This document shows positions 18,016-26,573 of a stretch of DNA of 32,136 nt, piece by piece (position 1 is the first letter of the stretch; each line of letters starts with the position of its first letter). The notes under the pieces were generated by a model. It was not told the origin of the DNA, made no database searches, and saw nothing but the letters and a program-made list of their open reading frames with translations. The stretch comes from Silvanigrellaceae bacterium (GTDB lineage: Bacteria; Bdellovibrionota_B; Oligoflexia; Silvanigrellales; Silvanigrellaceae): the NCBI GenBank assembly GCA_049423385.1, contig JBMSQQ010000035.1, positions 1-32,136 on the forward strand. The letters run 5' to 3'. The position numbers were made by a program, and so were the translations under genes.

Positions 18016-19302
18016 TCAGCGTTCACCGCGTTTGGTGAGCCACTCGAGATCGCGCATGACGTCGGTCTTGACACGAGGACTGACGCTGATCGTGCGATCT
18101 TCCAGATAGCTGAGGGCATGGAAATCGAAACGAAGATTGTTGAGTTTGTGGCACGATGCGCAACTGGTGTTTGGAACCAGGGTGATGTTCCGATCGGCTA
18201 TGATCTTCGATTTTGTTGCAGTCTCCATCGGAGATAAAAGCACTCTTTGACGAATTTCCTTTGCGTCCCTGGAATTCATCGAGTCCAGCGCAGTGTGGAG
18301 CTGCGGTTCATCCCTCATTTGCGATGCCCTGGGTGCCAATCCGAAGTCGAACAGGACACGTCCATCTTCTGCCGAGCGCAGGGTGATGCGTTGCTGCATC
18401 ATTTTTTGTCCCTGACGTAGAAACTGAATGAAGACCCAGTCATCGATTTGTGGCGGCTCGCGACCTTCGGGAAGCGAGAAACTTGTCATTTCCTTGAGAG
18501 CACCGGCGGAAATGGACGTTGCCAAAAAGAGTTTGAGTTTTTCCACAAATTCCGACGCTGAGGTGGGGTTGTTGAACTCCGGACGCTCATCGAACGTATT
18601 GTATGCTGCAGCGGTGAATGAGCCAGAACGCAATTGTTGAGCCTTCAGAACAAGACCATCACTGGTTTTGTCTCGCAATTTGACAAATTCCTGGAGTTCT
18701 TCACTTGAGATGACATTCATCGGCTTGGTGGGAGCCACCTGCAGGGCAGTGCGAATTCTGTTCAAGAGGACTGATGCGCGGATCGTTTCTTCCGGATTTA
18801 GAACGAGTGACGCATCGAAATCATAGAGCGCATGAATCGCGCGGTCATCGGCGAAAGCATTCAGCACCACGGCATAGCGACGGAAGTCTTTCAGCACGGG
18901 CTGCCACACAAGCCTGATTTCCGGCCAGCAGAAAACCTGTGCGTCAAGGCTGGGAATGACGCCCAGGGGTGAACATGGAACAACCCGGACACTCACAAGC
19001 GACCAGTCTTCAAATGTATTTTCTGTTTCCAGAGCCCTTCCTACCGGAGTGTTGTGGAAGGCGGATTCGATTTGCGTCAAAAGTTCGCGGGGAAAGAGGG
19101 AGTCCTGCAGCGGCGACACGACGTCCCGTGCTGCGATTCTCAAGTTCCGTTGTGCTGGAAGGATGATCGCAAGATCAGCATTTTGCACACGAGCCGGGGC
19201 AGATTGGGCTGGGGTGGAAGTGACCAGCAGGGCCAGAGCGGCGGAAGTGAAAGCGCAGTTCGAAGAAACCCTGAAGAACGCGCGCAGAAACGGCAACATC
19301 AT
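18016..19302 (-). CDS. Secreted hypothetical protein with single C-terminal CxxCH heme-binding motif
   Basis: Signal peptide (..ALALLVTSTPAQS); SCASCHK at 18148-18162; internal Cys pair VPC...FCWPEIRLVWQP. Start 19302 (GGGGGA SD) or 19365. Confidence 0.7.
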   Translation of the reverse strand: MMLPFLRAFFRVSSNCAFTSAALALLVTSTPAQSAPARVQNADLAIILPAQRNLRIAARDVVSPLQDSLFPRELLTQIESAFHNTPVGRALETENTFEDWSLVSVRVVPCSPLGVIPSLDAQVFCWPEIRLVWQPVLKDFRRYAVVLNAFADDRAIHALYDFDASLVLNPEETIRASVLLNRIRTALQVAPTKPMNVISSEELQEFVKLRDKTSDGLVLKAQQLRSGSFTAAAYNTFDERPEFNNPTSASEFVEKLKLFLATSISAGALKEMTSFSLPEGREPPQIDDWVFIQFLRQGQKMMQQRITLRSAEDGRVLFDFGLAPRASQMRDEPQLHTALDSMNSRDAKEIRQRVLLSPMETATKSKIIADRNITLVPNTSCASCHKLNNLRFDFHALSYLEDRTISVSPRVKTDVMRDLEWLTKRGER

Positions 19303-19386
19303 GACTCGAATCCCCCCGTGCAAGCGAATCCGTGGGGCGGTACCGGCAGATGGCCCGGTTTGCAAGAATTACTTTGTAAATTGACG

Positions 19387-20865
19387 TTATGACTTTATTT
19401 TTTTGAGCCTTGCGGCGAATCGCCACATGATGAAACGATGAGCCTGGGCCTGGGTGAGCCTGTAAAAATACCAGGGCAGCGATGGAGTGAAATCCAGAAC
19501 TGCTGCCAGGACGATCCGCATTTGCGGGATGACCCTGAATTCAAGGCGAGACATGGGATTTGAATTTTGTTTCCTGAGAAGTCCACCGCGGACAAAAAAG
19601 AGGGCTCGATCTTCATCGCTTCTGTCGGTCATGAATTCCAATTCCAGAATTGGAGCAGCAACTCCCCGGACAAAAAATCGAACCTGGTGCCCATCCGAGG
19701 AAGTTTCCAAACGTATCAATGGAGTCAACATTCTCGGCAACCAGAAGGCATAGTCTTGCGCGACCGATGGTGCAGACCAGCCCTCTGGAAGTGGCATGCG
19801 TTGGATGGATACAACCGAGTTCTCGGTTGCCGGCCTCGCTACGGGGGCGACGGATTGATGTGCGATTTCGATCGGCACCCGCGGCAATTCAGCATGATGC
19901 AATGCCGTCATGAGAGGATCCTTGGCCTTTACGGAGCTGAACACGGGAGCGGTTTTGCCGGGCAGGAGATCGACAACCAGGCTTTGAATCAGCGGAGCCA
20001 CCAACTCACGACTGGCGCCTGTGATCGTGCTGACCCAGAGGCGCGAGAAACCAGGCGGTATTCCCAGGAAAGGCACAAAAAAACGACGAACATTCAATTC
20101 GCTTGCAACGCGCTGCATCAACTTTCTGTAACTGATGTTTTCAGGACCGGCGAGGTCATAGCTTCCCGGTGGTGTTGACTCGTCGTTCAATGCTTCAATC
20201 AATGCTTCGGAGACGTCGCGCAAGGACACCGGAGAGCTCATCTTTCGGGTCCATGACGGACAGACAAGAACAGGAAGTCGTTTGACGAGCTTGATGAGAA
20301 TCATCGATGAAGAGCCACCGGGACCGAGAATCAAACCCGCCCGCAAGGCGACGTTGTTTGTTGAACGTGATTGCAGAACACGCTCGACTTCCAGACGACC
20401 GCGCAGATGATCCGACAGCCATGTTCCGGGAGGCTGAATCCCGCCCAAATAGACAATCCGATGTATTCCAGCCGATGCCGCTGCGCGGGAAAAATTGTCG
20501 GCAATGATGACGTCGAGATCTTCGTGCTTGCCCTGGGTCAAACGTGCTCCGGGTGACATGCTGTGGACGAGATAAAATGCGTATTTGGCATGAGCAACCG
20601 CGGTTTCTGTTTGACGCAGGGAAAACAGGTTGCATTGCAACCAATAAACACCGGGATTGAAGTGATCGGGAAGTGTCGATGGGGCCTGGGGAGAGCGAGT
20701 GAGGGCAATGACCTGGAATTTTGAGGAAAGCTTTCTCAGAAGATCCATTCCGATAAAACCGGATGCTCCGGCAATGACAATTCTCGCATGGTTTGTATTT
20801 GATTCTTTTCCGGTCACTCTGGATGGACCTTTTCTGGTGTCGTGATTGTCTTGAGAGTATGGCAT
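19387..20865 (-). CDS. YbjT-like NAD(P)-binding atypical SDR/epimerase with C-terminal DUF2867-like domain
   Basis: IAGASGFIG, AFYLVHSM, RIVYLGG, SDHLRGRLEVE, LRAGLILGPG, C-terminal F.P.LPWYFY.LTQ..AH. Confidence 0.85.
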   Translation of the reverse strand: MPYSQDNHDTRKGPSRVTGKESNTNHARIVIAGASGFIGMDLLRKLSSKFQVIALTRSPQAPSTLPDHFNPGVYWLQCNLFSLRQTETAVAHAKYAFYLVHSMSPGARLTQGKHEDLDVIIADNFSRAAASAGIHRIVYLGGIQPPGTWLSDHLRGRLEVERVLQSRSTNNVALRAGLILGPGGSSSMILIKLVKRLPVLVCPSWTRKMSSPVSLRDVSEALIEALNDESTPPGSYDLAGPENISYRKLMQRVASELNVRRFFVPFLGIPPGFSRLWVSTITGASRELVAPLIQSLVVDLLPGKTAPVFSSVKAKDPLMTALHHAELPRVPIEIAHQSVAPVARPATENSVVSIQRMPLPEGWSAPSVAQDYAFWLPRMLTPLIRLETSSDGHQVRFFVRGVAAPILELEFMTDRSDEDRALFFVRGGLLRKQNSNPMSRLEFRVIPQMRIVLAAVLDFTPSLPWYFYRLTQAQAHRFIMWRFAARLKKIKS

Positions 20866-20916
20866 CAGGAACAGGAGTTCAATTTTCTGATTGGATACTG
20901 ACGAAAAGGATTTGCT

Positions 20917-22491
20917 TCAGGGATTCACCTGAAAGTCGTCCGGAAGAATGTATATCGTGCGCCCCGAGTAGAATTTGGAGCAGCCTGCCTGGTTGAGTGA
21001 TTGCGACAACACCACCCGGGAATTTCCGGTTCCTGTAGGAATCGGCTTCGCAACCACGCACAACTCATTTTCGTTTGCGAATTCGCATTTCAGGCTTTCG
21101 TCCGGAATTTGCGTGGAGTCCTTGTCGACCAGCTTCAAAACCGTTCCCCACACCGCGGATTTTGAATTGGATTTGAGACGAACTCCCATGCAAACTTCCT
21201 CGACTTCCTCTGTCGCTGGAGGAGGTGGAATCGGAGCGACTGTCGGGCGTGGGGTTGGAACAGTTGCTGCCGGAGTGGGAATTTCTTTTGCTTTCCTGAC
21301 TGCTGGTTTGGCAATTTGTGGTTTTATGGTTGGAAGTGTCATTGGAACGGTCAGGACCGGGACGGGAGTGGTCGTCACTTTTGAGGGCGCGATGATTTCT
21401 ACTGATTGTTCTCCTGGCAACGCGGTTGGGGCTGCACCGGGCCGAATTTCTGTTTCACGCAGTTTGCCTTGAGTTGTTGGAGTTTTGAATTCCTGCACAG
21501 GTCCCGCAGCAAATTCCTGTGTGCGGGATTCTGTGAACGAGGAATTCCGGCTCCGAGCCTCGATAGTCACTCCCGGATTTGGCTTTGTGGTTGGAACGAC
21601 GACCTGCAATTCCAGTGTTTTGTTTATCCATTGGGCATGACCTGACGTGATCGGATAAAGAAGATTTTCCTTGTTGCAGTATCCTGTTCCGGAACTTGCG
21701 CTGGCAACAAGAAAAATTTCTTGTCCATATTGAGCAAACAATGGTGCACCTGCATCTCCACTGCAGACATCTGGCTCCGTGGGAATTGAAAGGTTGAGAA
21801 CGCCCACCGGATGACTGGAGGGTTGACCAGCAATTCCGGTTGGAAAGTCGATGCTCAGGAGTTCCGCTGATCGTTGGAGCAAGTAAATCGGGAAAGTAGT
21901 CAGTGGTTCGTGACCAAGCAGACTGTCGACGAGTGCATCCAAGGGCTGGGATTTCTCTTCCTTCTTGACCTGCACAAACTGCGTTGTGAACAACTTTGGA
22001 TCATCGTTGAGTGCAGAGATGTCGAGCACACGCGCGGGTTGAATTGCTTCCGGCAGTGCGCACTTGAATTCCAGCAGTGCAACGTCGTTTGCCGCCTGTT
22101 CCAGTGTTTGTACAGCATCGGTTGCGGTAAAACCGGGATGGGTTGTGACATCTGCAACGCGATGAGATTTTACAACTTCACCTTTGCCATCGATGATCTC
22201 CAAAGAATGTTGCGCGTTGTCGGGGATATGTCGAAAGCAGTGCGCGGCCGTGAGGGCTACGCAGTAGTTCAACGAAGGTTCGGGTGTGTGGATCAAGACA
22301 GCGGAGCACGTTGAGTTGAATTGACTGCCATCCCGCGTGTAATTCGTTTTGAGGCGCATCACTCCTTTGGACATAATCCGACGATCGGCCGTGTTGGCCG
22401 GTGCAGAAGCCAACGAGCTGTCCGCTTCGGTCGACTTCTTGCAACCAAAGCAGAGGAGTGTCGCGGCAATGAGTCCAAACCAAAATTTCAT
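20917..22491 (-). CDS. Trypsin-fold (S1) lipoprotein lacking catalytic Ser, with Pro/Thr linker and small C-terminal Cys-containing domain
   Basis: Lipobox LLCFGC; CSAVLI, LTAAHCF, NDVALL, CSGDAGAPLF (canonical GDSGGP); alternative start 22518. Confidence 0.85.
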   Translation of the reverse strand: MKFWFGLIAATLLCFGCKKSTEADSSLASAPANTADRRIMSKGVMRLKTNYTRDGSQFNSTCSAVLIHTPEPSLNYCVALTAAHCFRHIPDNAQHSLEIIDGKGEVVKSHRVADVTTHPGFTATDAVQTLEQAANDVALLEFKCALPEAIQPARVLDISALNDDPKLFTTQFVQVKKEEKSQPLDALVDSLLGHEPLTTFPIYLLQRSAELLSIDFPTGIAGQPSSHPVGVLNLSIPTEPDVCSGDAGAPLFAQYGQEIFLVASASSGTGYCNKENLLYPITSGHAQWINKTLELQVVVPTTKPNPGVTIEARSRNSSFTESRTQEFAAGPVQEFKTPTTQGKLRETEIRPGAAPTALPGEQSVEIIAPSKVTTTPVPVLTVPMTLPTIKPQIAKPAVRKAKEIPTPAATVPTPRPTVAPIPPPPATEEVEEVCMGVRLKSNSKSAVWGTVLKLVDKDSTQIPDESLKCEFANENELCVVAKPIPTGTGNSRVVLSQSLNQAGCSKFYSGRTIYILPDDFQVNP

Positions 22492-22607
22492 CAACCTTGA
22501 ATCCTTGGAAAATTCCATCTCTCCATAGGTTTCTTCGGTTGGATTTTGTCCTATATTAGAATGAGTCCAGGCTGGATTTTCAAGTACCCTGAATAATTGG
22601 TAAAAAA

Positions 22608-23426
22608 ATGTGTAGTGTTGTAACTCTGACATCAGGACCAGGCGATTTTCGGCGTGTTTTTGCCGACCTGACCGATTCGGCCGGTCTGGATTCATTGGGT
22701 TTCGACATCCGTGCCCACGGATTCATGAAAAACGAATTGTCACCGGTTTTGTTTCTCAATGCTGAAGGCAGGTTGAGCCTGGAGCAAAAATATTTTTCGC
22801 TTTGTCCGTCGTGGTCCAAACAATGGCCGTTCCAGTTTGAAACCTACAATGCAAGATTGTCGCGGCCCAAAAGAATCAGGGACCCTCGCTCGGGGAAATG
22901 GCTGGCAGCAACCACTCCGGATGGAACTGCGATCGAAGAATATATTTTTTCGGTTCCAAGTTTTCGCGATGCGTTCAACGCAGGTCAAACATGTCTGGTC
23001 CCAGTTTCCGGTGCGATTGAATCTTGTTACTTTGGTGAAAGTGCAGGGCACATTGTCCGGTTTTGTCCTGCAAACGACAAATTTATATTCGCCATAGGAT
23101 TGTGGAACGACTGGGTGGATTCGAGCAGTGGCGAGGTGATTCCAACCTTCACTCTCCTCACGGATGCTCCCGATTCCTTTGTATACAGGCATGGACATGA
23201 TCGTGGAATTGTGACTCTGAATTCTTCCGACTGGTTTGAATGGCTGGACGGGAGAAAAGCGTCTGGAAGAAAACGACTGGATTTTGTGCGCGAGAGACGT
23301 GTGCAACCAGACTGGCGAGTTGAAATCGAAAGAGCACTCAAACCAGGCTGGCAGAAAAAAGCTCCGACGCAGGAGGAAATTTCCGCTATTGAAATATGGC
23401 GGCCCGAGGCACGGAATCGCGCCTAG
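22608..23426 (+). CDS. SOS response-associated peptidase (SRAP/YedK/HMCES family abasic-site protein)
   Basis: Cys2 after Met; ETYNAR; CLVPVSGAIE; GLWNDW; TFTLLT; GHDR. Confidence 0.85.
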   Translation: MCSVVTLTSGPGDFRRVFADLTDSAGLDSLGFDIRAHGFMKNELSPVLFLNAEGRLSLEQKYFSLCPSWSKQWPFQFETYNARLSRPKRIRDPRSGKWLAATTPDGTAIEEYIFSVPSFRDAFNAGQTCLVPVSGAIESCYFGESAGHIVRFCPANDKFIFAIGLWNDWVDSSSGEVIPTFTLLTDAPDSFVYRHGHDRGIVTLNSSDWFEWLDGRKASGRKRLDFVRERRVQPDWRVEIERALKPGWQKKAPTQEEISAIEIWRPEARNRA

Positions 23427-24280
23427 TGGCCGCGCATGTTTGCCTTGATGCTGGCAAAACGGCCGGAATGAAAGTCCGCGAATGCCTGTTCAATTTCCGC
23501 GCGGTTGTTCATGACAAACGGACCATATTGGACAATCGGCTCCTGAATAGGACGGCCTGAAACCAGAACAAGCCTGGCACCGTTTTTACCTGCCGCCATG
23601 TTCAGGCTGTCGCCTTGTCCCGACAAGCCAAGGCTGTGGGTTGGCAATTCCGTTTCGCCAATTTGAAGTGTTCCTTCAAAAACATAGACGAAGGCGGAAT
23701 GGTCTTCCGGAATGGACGTGCTCAGCGATGTTCCGGGATCCAGCCGGATGTCGAAATATCGGACCTGGGTGAAGGGGTCCTCGACAACTCCCCTGACTCC
23801 GGCAAATTCACCTGCCAGAACCCGCACAAGCACACCGTTTGATTTGACCTCTGGAATCGCTCCGGGAGTGAACTCCTGGTATTCCGGCTGCGACATTTTT
23901 TCTTTGGCCGGAAGATTGATCCAGAGTTGGAATCCGCGCATCAGGCCATGGGTCTGCTGGGGCATCTCCGAATGGATGACTCCCGCTGCGGCTTTCATCC
24001 ACTGCGCACCACCGGCGTGCAAGTCGCCCCGGTTTCCCATGCTGTCGCGATGAAGCATGTGGCCATCCAGCATATAGGTGAATGTGATGAATCCCCGGTG
24101 TGGATGATCCGGGAAGCCCGCAATGTACTCATTGGGATTGTCACTTCCGAAGTGATCGAGCATCAGGAAGGGATCGAAGTTTCTCAGCGACTGGGTGCCG
24201 ATCGTGCGATGCACAGTGACGCCCGCACCTTCCGAAACGGGTTGTGCCTGGACAACTCTGGCAATGGAACGTGGATTCAA
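23423..24280 (-). CDS. Pirin family protein
   Basis: DPFLMLDHF, GFPDHPHRGF, HRDSMG, QWMKAAAGVIHSEMP, FQLWINLP, YGPFVMN; TTG start with AAGGAG SD. Confidence 0.95.
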   Translation of the reverse strand: MNPRSIARVVQAQPVSEGAGVTVHRTIGTQSLRNFDPFLMLDHFGSDNPNEYIAGFPDHPHRGFITFTYMLDGHMLHRDSMGNRGDLHAGGAQWMKAAAGVIHSEMPQQTHGLMRGFQLWINLPAKEKMSQPEYQEFTPGAIPEVKSNGVLVRVLAGEFAGVRGVVEDPFTQVRYFDIRLDPGTSLSTSIPEDHSAFVYVFEGTLQIGETELPTHSLGLSGQGDSLNMAAGKNGARLVLVSGRPIQEPIVQYGPFVMNNRAEIEQAFADFHSGRFASIKANMRGH

Positions 24281-24342
24281 GTGGAGTCTCCTTGGCTCTG
24301 GTGTAGACTATGGACGGTCTTCCAACCGTTCGGGGAGTCTGC

Positions 24343-25746
24343 TTGGAAAAAGTACTTTACTGGTTTCGCAGCGATCTGCGCCTCAATGACAATTCAGTGT
24401 TGAAGGACGCACTCGCCTGCAACCAGAGCTTATCATTTTTGTTCGTGCATGATCCACGTGCGCGGCATACCAGTTTGGCGGGAATCCCGCGGACAGGCTG
24501 GCACAGGCGTCGATTTCTGAAACAATCCCTCGAAGATTTGAGGAGACAGCTCAAGGAACTTGGATTTGAATTGCTTGAAATCTGGGGCGAACCCGAAGAG
24601 GTTATTCCGGAATTGATGGAGTTCAACGATGTTGGTCTTCTCTATTTTTCCCGTGAATCCGCCCCGGAAGAGATAAGAATTGAATCTCTGCTCAGAAACA
24701 ATTTGGCGCAAAAATCACGCAGTACAGTGGAAGGATGGACACAGTTTTTGCTTGATCCTGATGAGCTTGGCGTTCTGTCCAAGAAACTCCCGCGTGTGTT
24801 CACCGATTTCAGAAAACAGATTGAATCCCGTGGATTGGAGAATCTGGTTTTAGCGCCGCACACGCTCCACCGCGAGCTCGTCAAGGCTCGTCCTTTCGCG
24901 TTGAAGTGGGCAAACCAGACATCCTTCAAAAATATCACGGGAGCACTGCGCTCATCCGTTCAATCGGTGGATGAAAACTGGTGGCATCCGACTCTTGAAG
25001 AAGAGCAGCTTTGCCTGACAGCAGCCATCGGAAATATTCCAGATGCAAAGTCCAAAATCATCAAGGGTGGGTCATCTGCTGCAGAGGAGCATCTGGATCA
25101 TTATCTTTTTTCCACGCGCGCAGCTTTTCGATACTTCGACACACGCAACGGATTGCTTTCCGGGTTCGATTCAACCTTGTTTTCGCCTTGGCTTGCCAAC
25201 GGGTGTCTTTCGCCACGGAGAATTTTTCACGAACTTAAAAAGGCTGAGTCCATTCATGGGGCGAACAAGAGTACCTATTGGATCGTGTTTGAATTGCTTT
25301 GGCGTGATTTTTTCAAGCATCATCTTTTGAATTCAGGAGAAAGGTTTTTCCATCCTGAAGGACTTTCAGGGCGGCAAGAAAAGGAAGTTCCCACAGTGGA
25401 GGCCGTCAAGGAAAAACTTGCAGAAGCGTTGTCCTGTCGAAGCGGCCATGTCTTTGCAGATGCCAATATCAGGGAGTTGATTCTGACCGGTTTCATGTCC
25501 AACCGGGGGAGACAAAACGTCGCCAGTCACATGATTTATTCAATGGGAATTCCCTGGTGGATGGGTGCTGCGGTTTTTGAGGCTTTGTTGGTAGACTACG
25601 ACGCGGCCAGCAATTGGGGGAATTGGTCCTACATTGCCGGAGTCAGTTTTGATCCGCGTGGAGGGCGTCAATTCAATCTCGACAAACAGCAAAGGGATTA
25701 TGATCCCGATGGCGAGTATGTGTCTGCGTGGTCAAACAGGATCTGA
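24343..25746 (+). CDS. DASH-family cryptochrome/photolyase
   Basis: WFRSDLRLNDN, YFDTRNGL, FSPWLANGCLSPR, FELLWRDFF, TGFMSNRGRQNVAS, DYDAASNWGNW; GGGGAG SD before TTG 24343 (alternative ATG 24310). Confidence 0.9.
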   Translation: MEKVLYWFRSDLRLNDNSVLKDALACNQSLSFLFVHDPRARHTSLAGIPRTGWHRRRFLKQSLEDLRRQLKELGFELLEIWGEPEEVIPELMEFNDVGLLYFSRESAPEEIRIESLLRNNLAQKSRSTVEGWTQFLLDPDELGVLSKKLPRVFTDFRKQIESRGLENLVLAPHTLHRELVKARPFALKWANQTSFKNITGALRSSVQSVDENWWHPTLEEEQLCLTAAIGNIPDAKSKIIKGGSSAAEEHLDHYLFSTRAAFRYFDTRNGLLSGFDSTLFSPWLANGCLSPRRIFHELKKAESIHGANKSTYWIVFELLWRDFFKHHLLNSGERFFHPEGLSGRQEKEVPTVEAVKEKLAEALSCRSGHVFADANIRELILTGFMSNRGRQNVASHMIYSMGIPWWMGAAVFEALLVDYDAASNWGNWSYIAGVSFDPRGGRQFNLDKQQRDYDPDGEYVSAWSNRI

Positions 25747-26418
25747 AATCTTGACAGCCAACGTCAGTCCCTCTCCAGTTGGCAGAATTGTGGCACGCCA
25801 GCAGGGACTGTTGGCAACGCTGGAATTGAACTGGTCCACGGACTCTGCGTCCTTGCGTTGAGATTCGGTGTCAAATTTGTCCTGGAGCACCAAACCCCAG
25901 GCAAAAGTGTTGTCTGCAATCAGGGTTCCGCCGACACGGAGATTCTTGCCAGCCCAGGCCAGATAGTGCGGATAATTGGACTTGTCTGCATCGATAAATA
26001 CGACATCGAAGGGGGCCAGATGCTCGACCTTGGAAAGGTTTGCAAGTGCATCTCCTTGATGAATTGTTGCTTTGTGTGAAACCCCATTGCGCGCAAATGT
26101 TTCGGCAGTGACACGGCAGTTTTTTTCGAAAAGCTCGAAGCAATGGAGTTGCCCATCCTCAGGCAGCGCACGGGCAATGCAAAGTCCCGAATAGCCTGCA
26201 AGTGAACCGATCTCGACCACCTTTCTTGCTCCCATCGATCTGATGAGAACTTCCAGATGGAGTCCGTCCATGCTGCCCACATGGATATTGGGCAATTTTT
26301 CTTTTGCTGCCCGTTCGCGGATCTCAGTCAAGCTCCGGTCTTCGGGATTGAAGCGATTGAAGGCATATTCTGCGAGGAGTGGATTGGTGCAGGCAAATGA
26401 CTTGATCGGTGGTGACAC
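25732..26418 (-). CDS. Class I SAM-dependent O-methyltransferase (Methyltransf_3, CCoAOMT/TrmR-like)
   Basis: VVEIGSLAGYS, PFDVVFIDADKSNY, GGTLIADN; GGAGG SD before GTG 26418. Confidence 0.9.
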   Translation of the reverse strand: MSPPIKSFACTNPLLAEYAFNRFNPEDRSLTEIRERAAKEKLPNIHVGSMDGLHLEVLIRSMGARKVVEIGSLAGYSGLCIARALPEDGQLHCFELFEKNCRVTAETFARNGVSHKATIHQGDALANLSKVEHLAPFDVVFIDADKSNYPHYLAWAGKNLRVGGTLIADNTFAWGLVLQDKFDTESQRKDAESVDQFNSSVANSPCWRATILPTGEGLTLAVKISDPV

Positions 26419-26573
26419 GCAGACCTCCAGGACCATGACAATTATGAAAGAGTCCAAACGGCAATTTGACTCACGCTTTGTCTTTCGTCCAGTATCCGGG
26501 TCGTTCGAACAGCAACTCTTCAAAATTTTATCGTTGGATGAATGACTGTTGATTTAACCAAGGAGGAAGTTTG

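Noticed and set aside
22492..22695. Apparent head-to-head overlap of the trypsin-like and SRAP genes
   Set aside because: Signal peptide places the trypsin-like start at 22491 or 22518, removing the overlap
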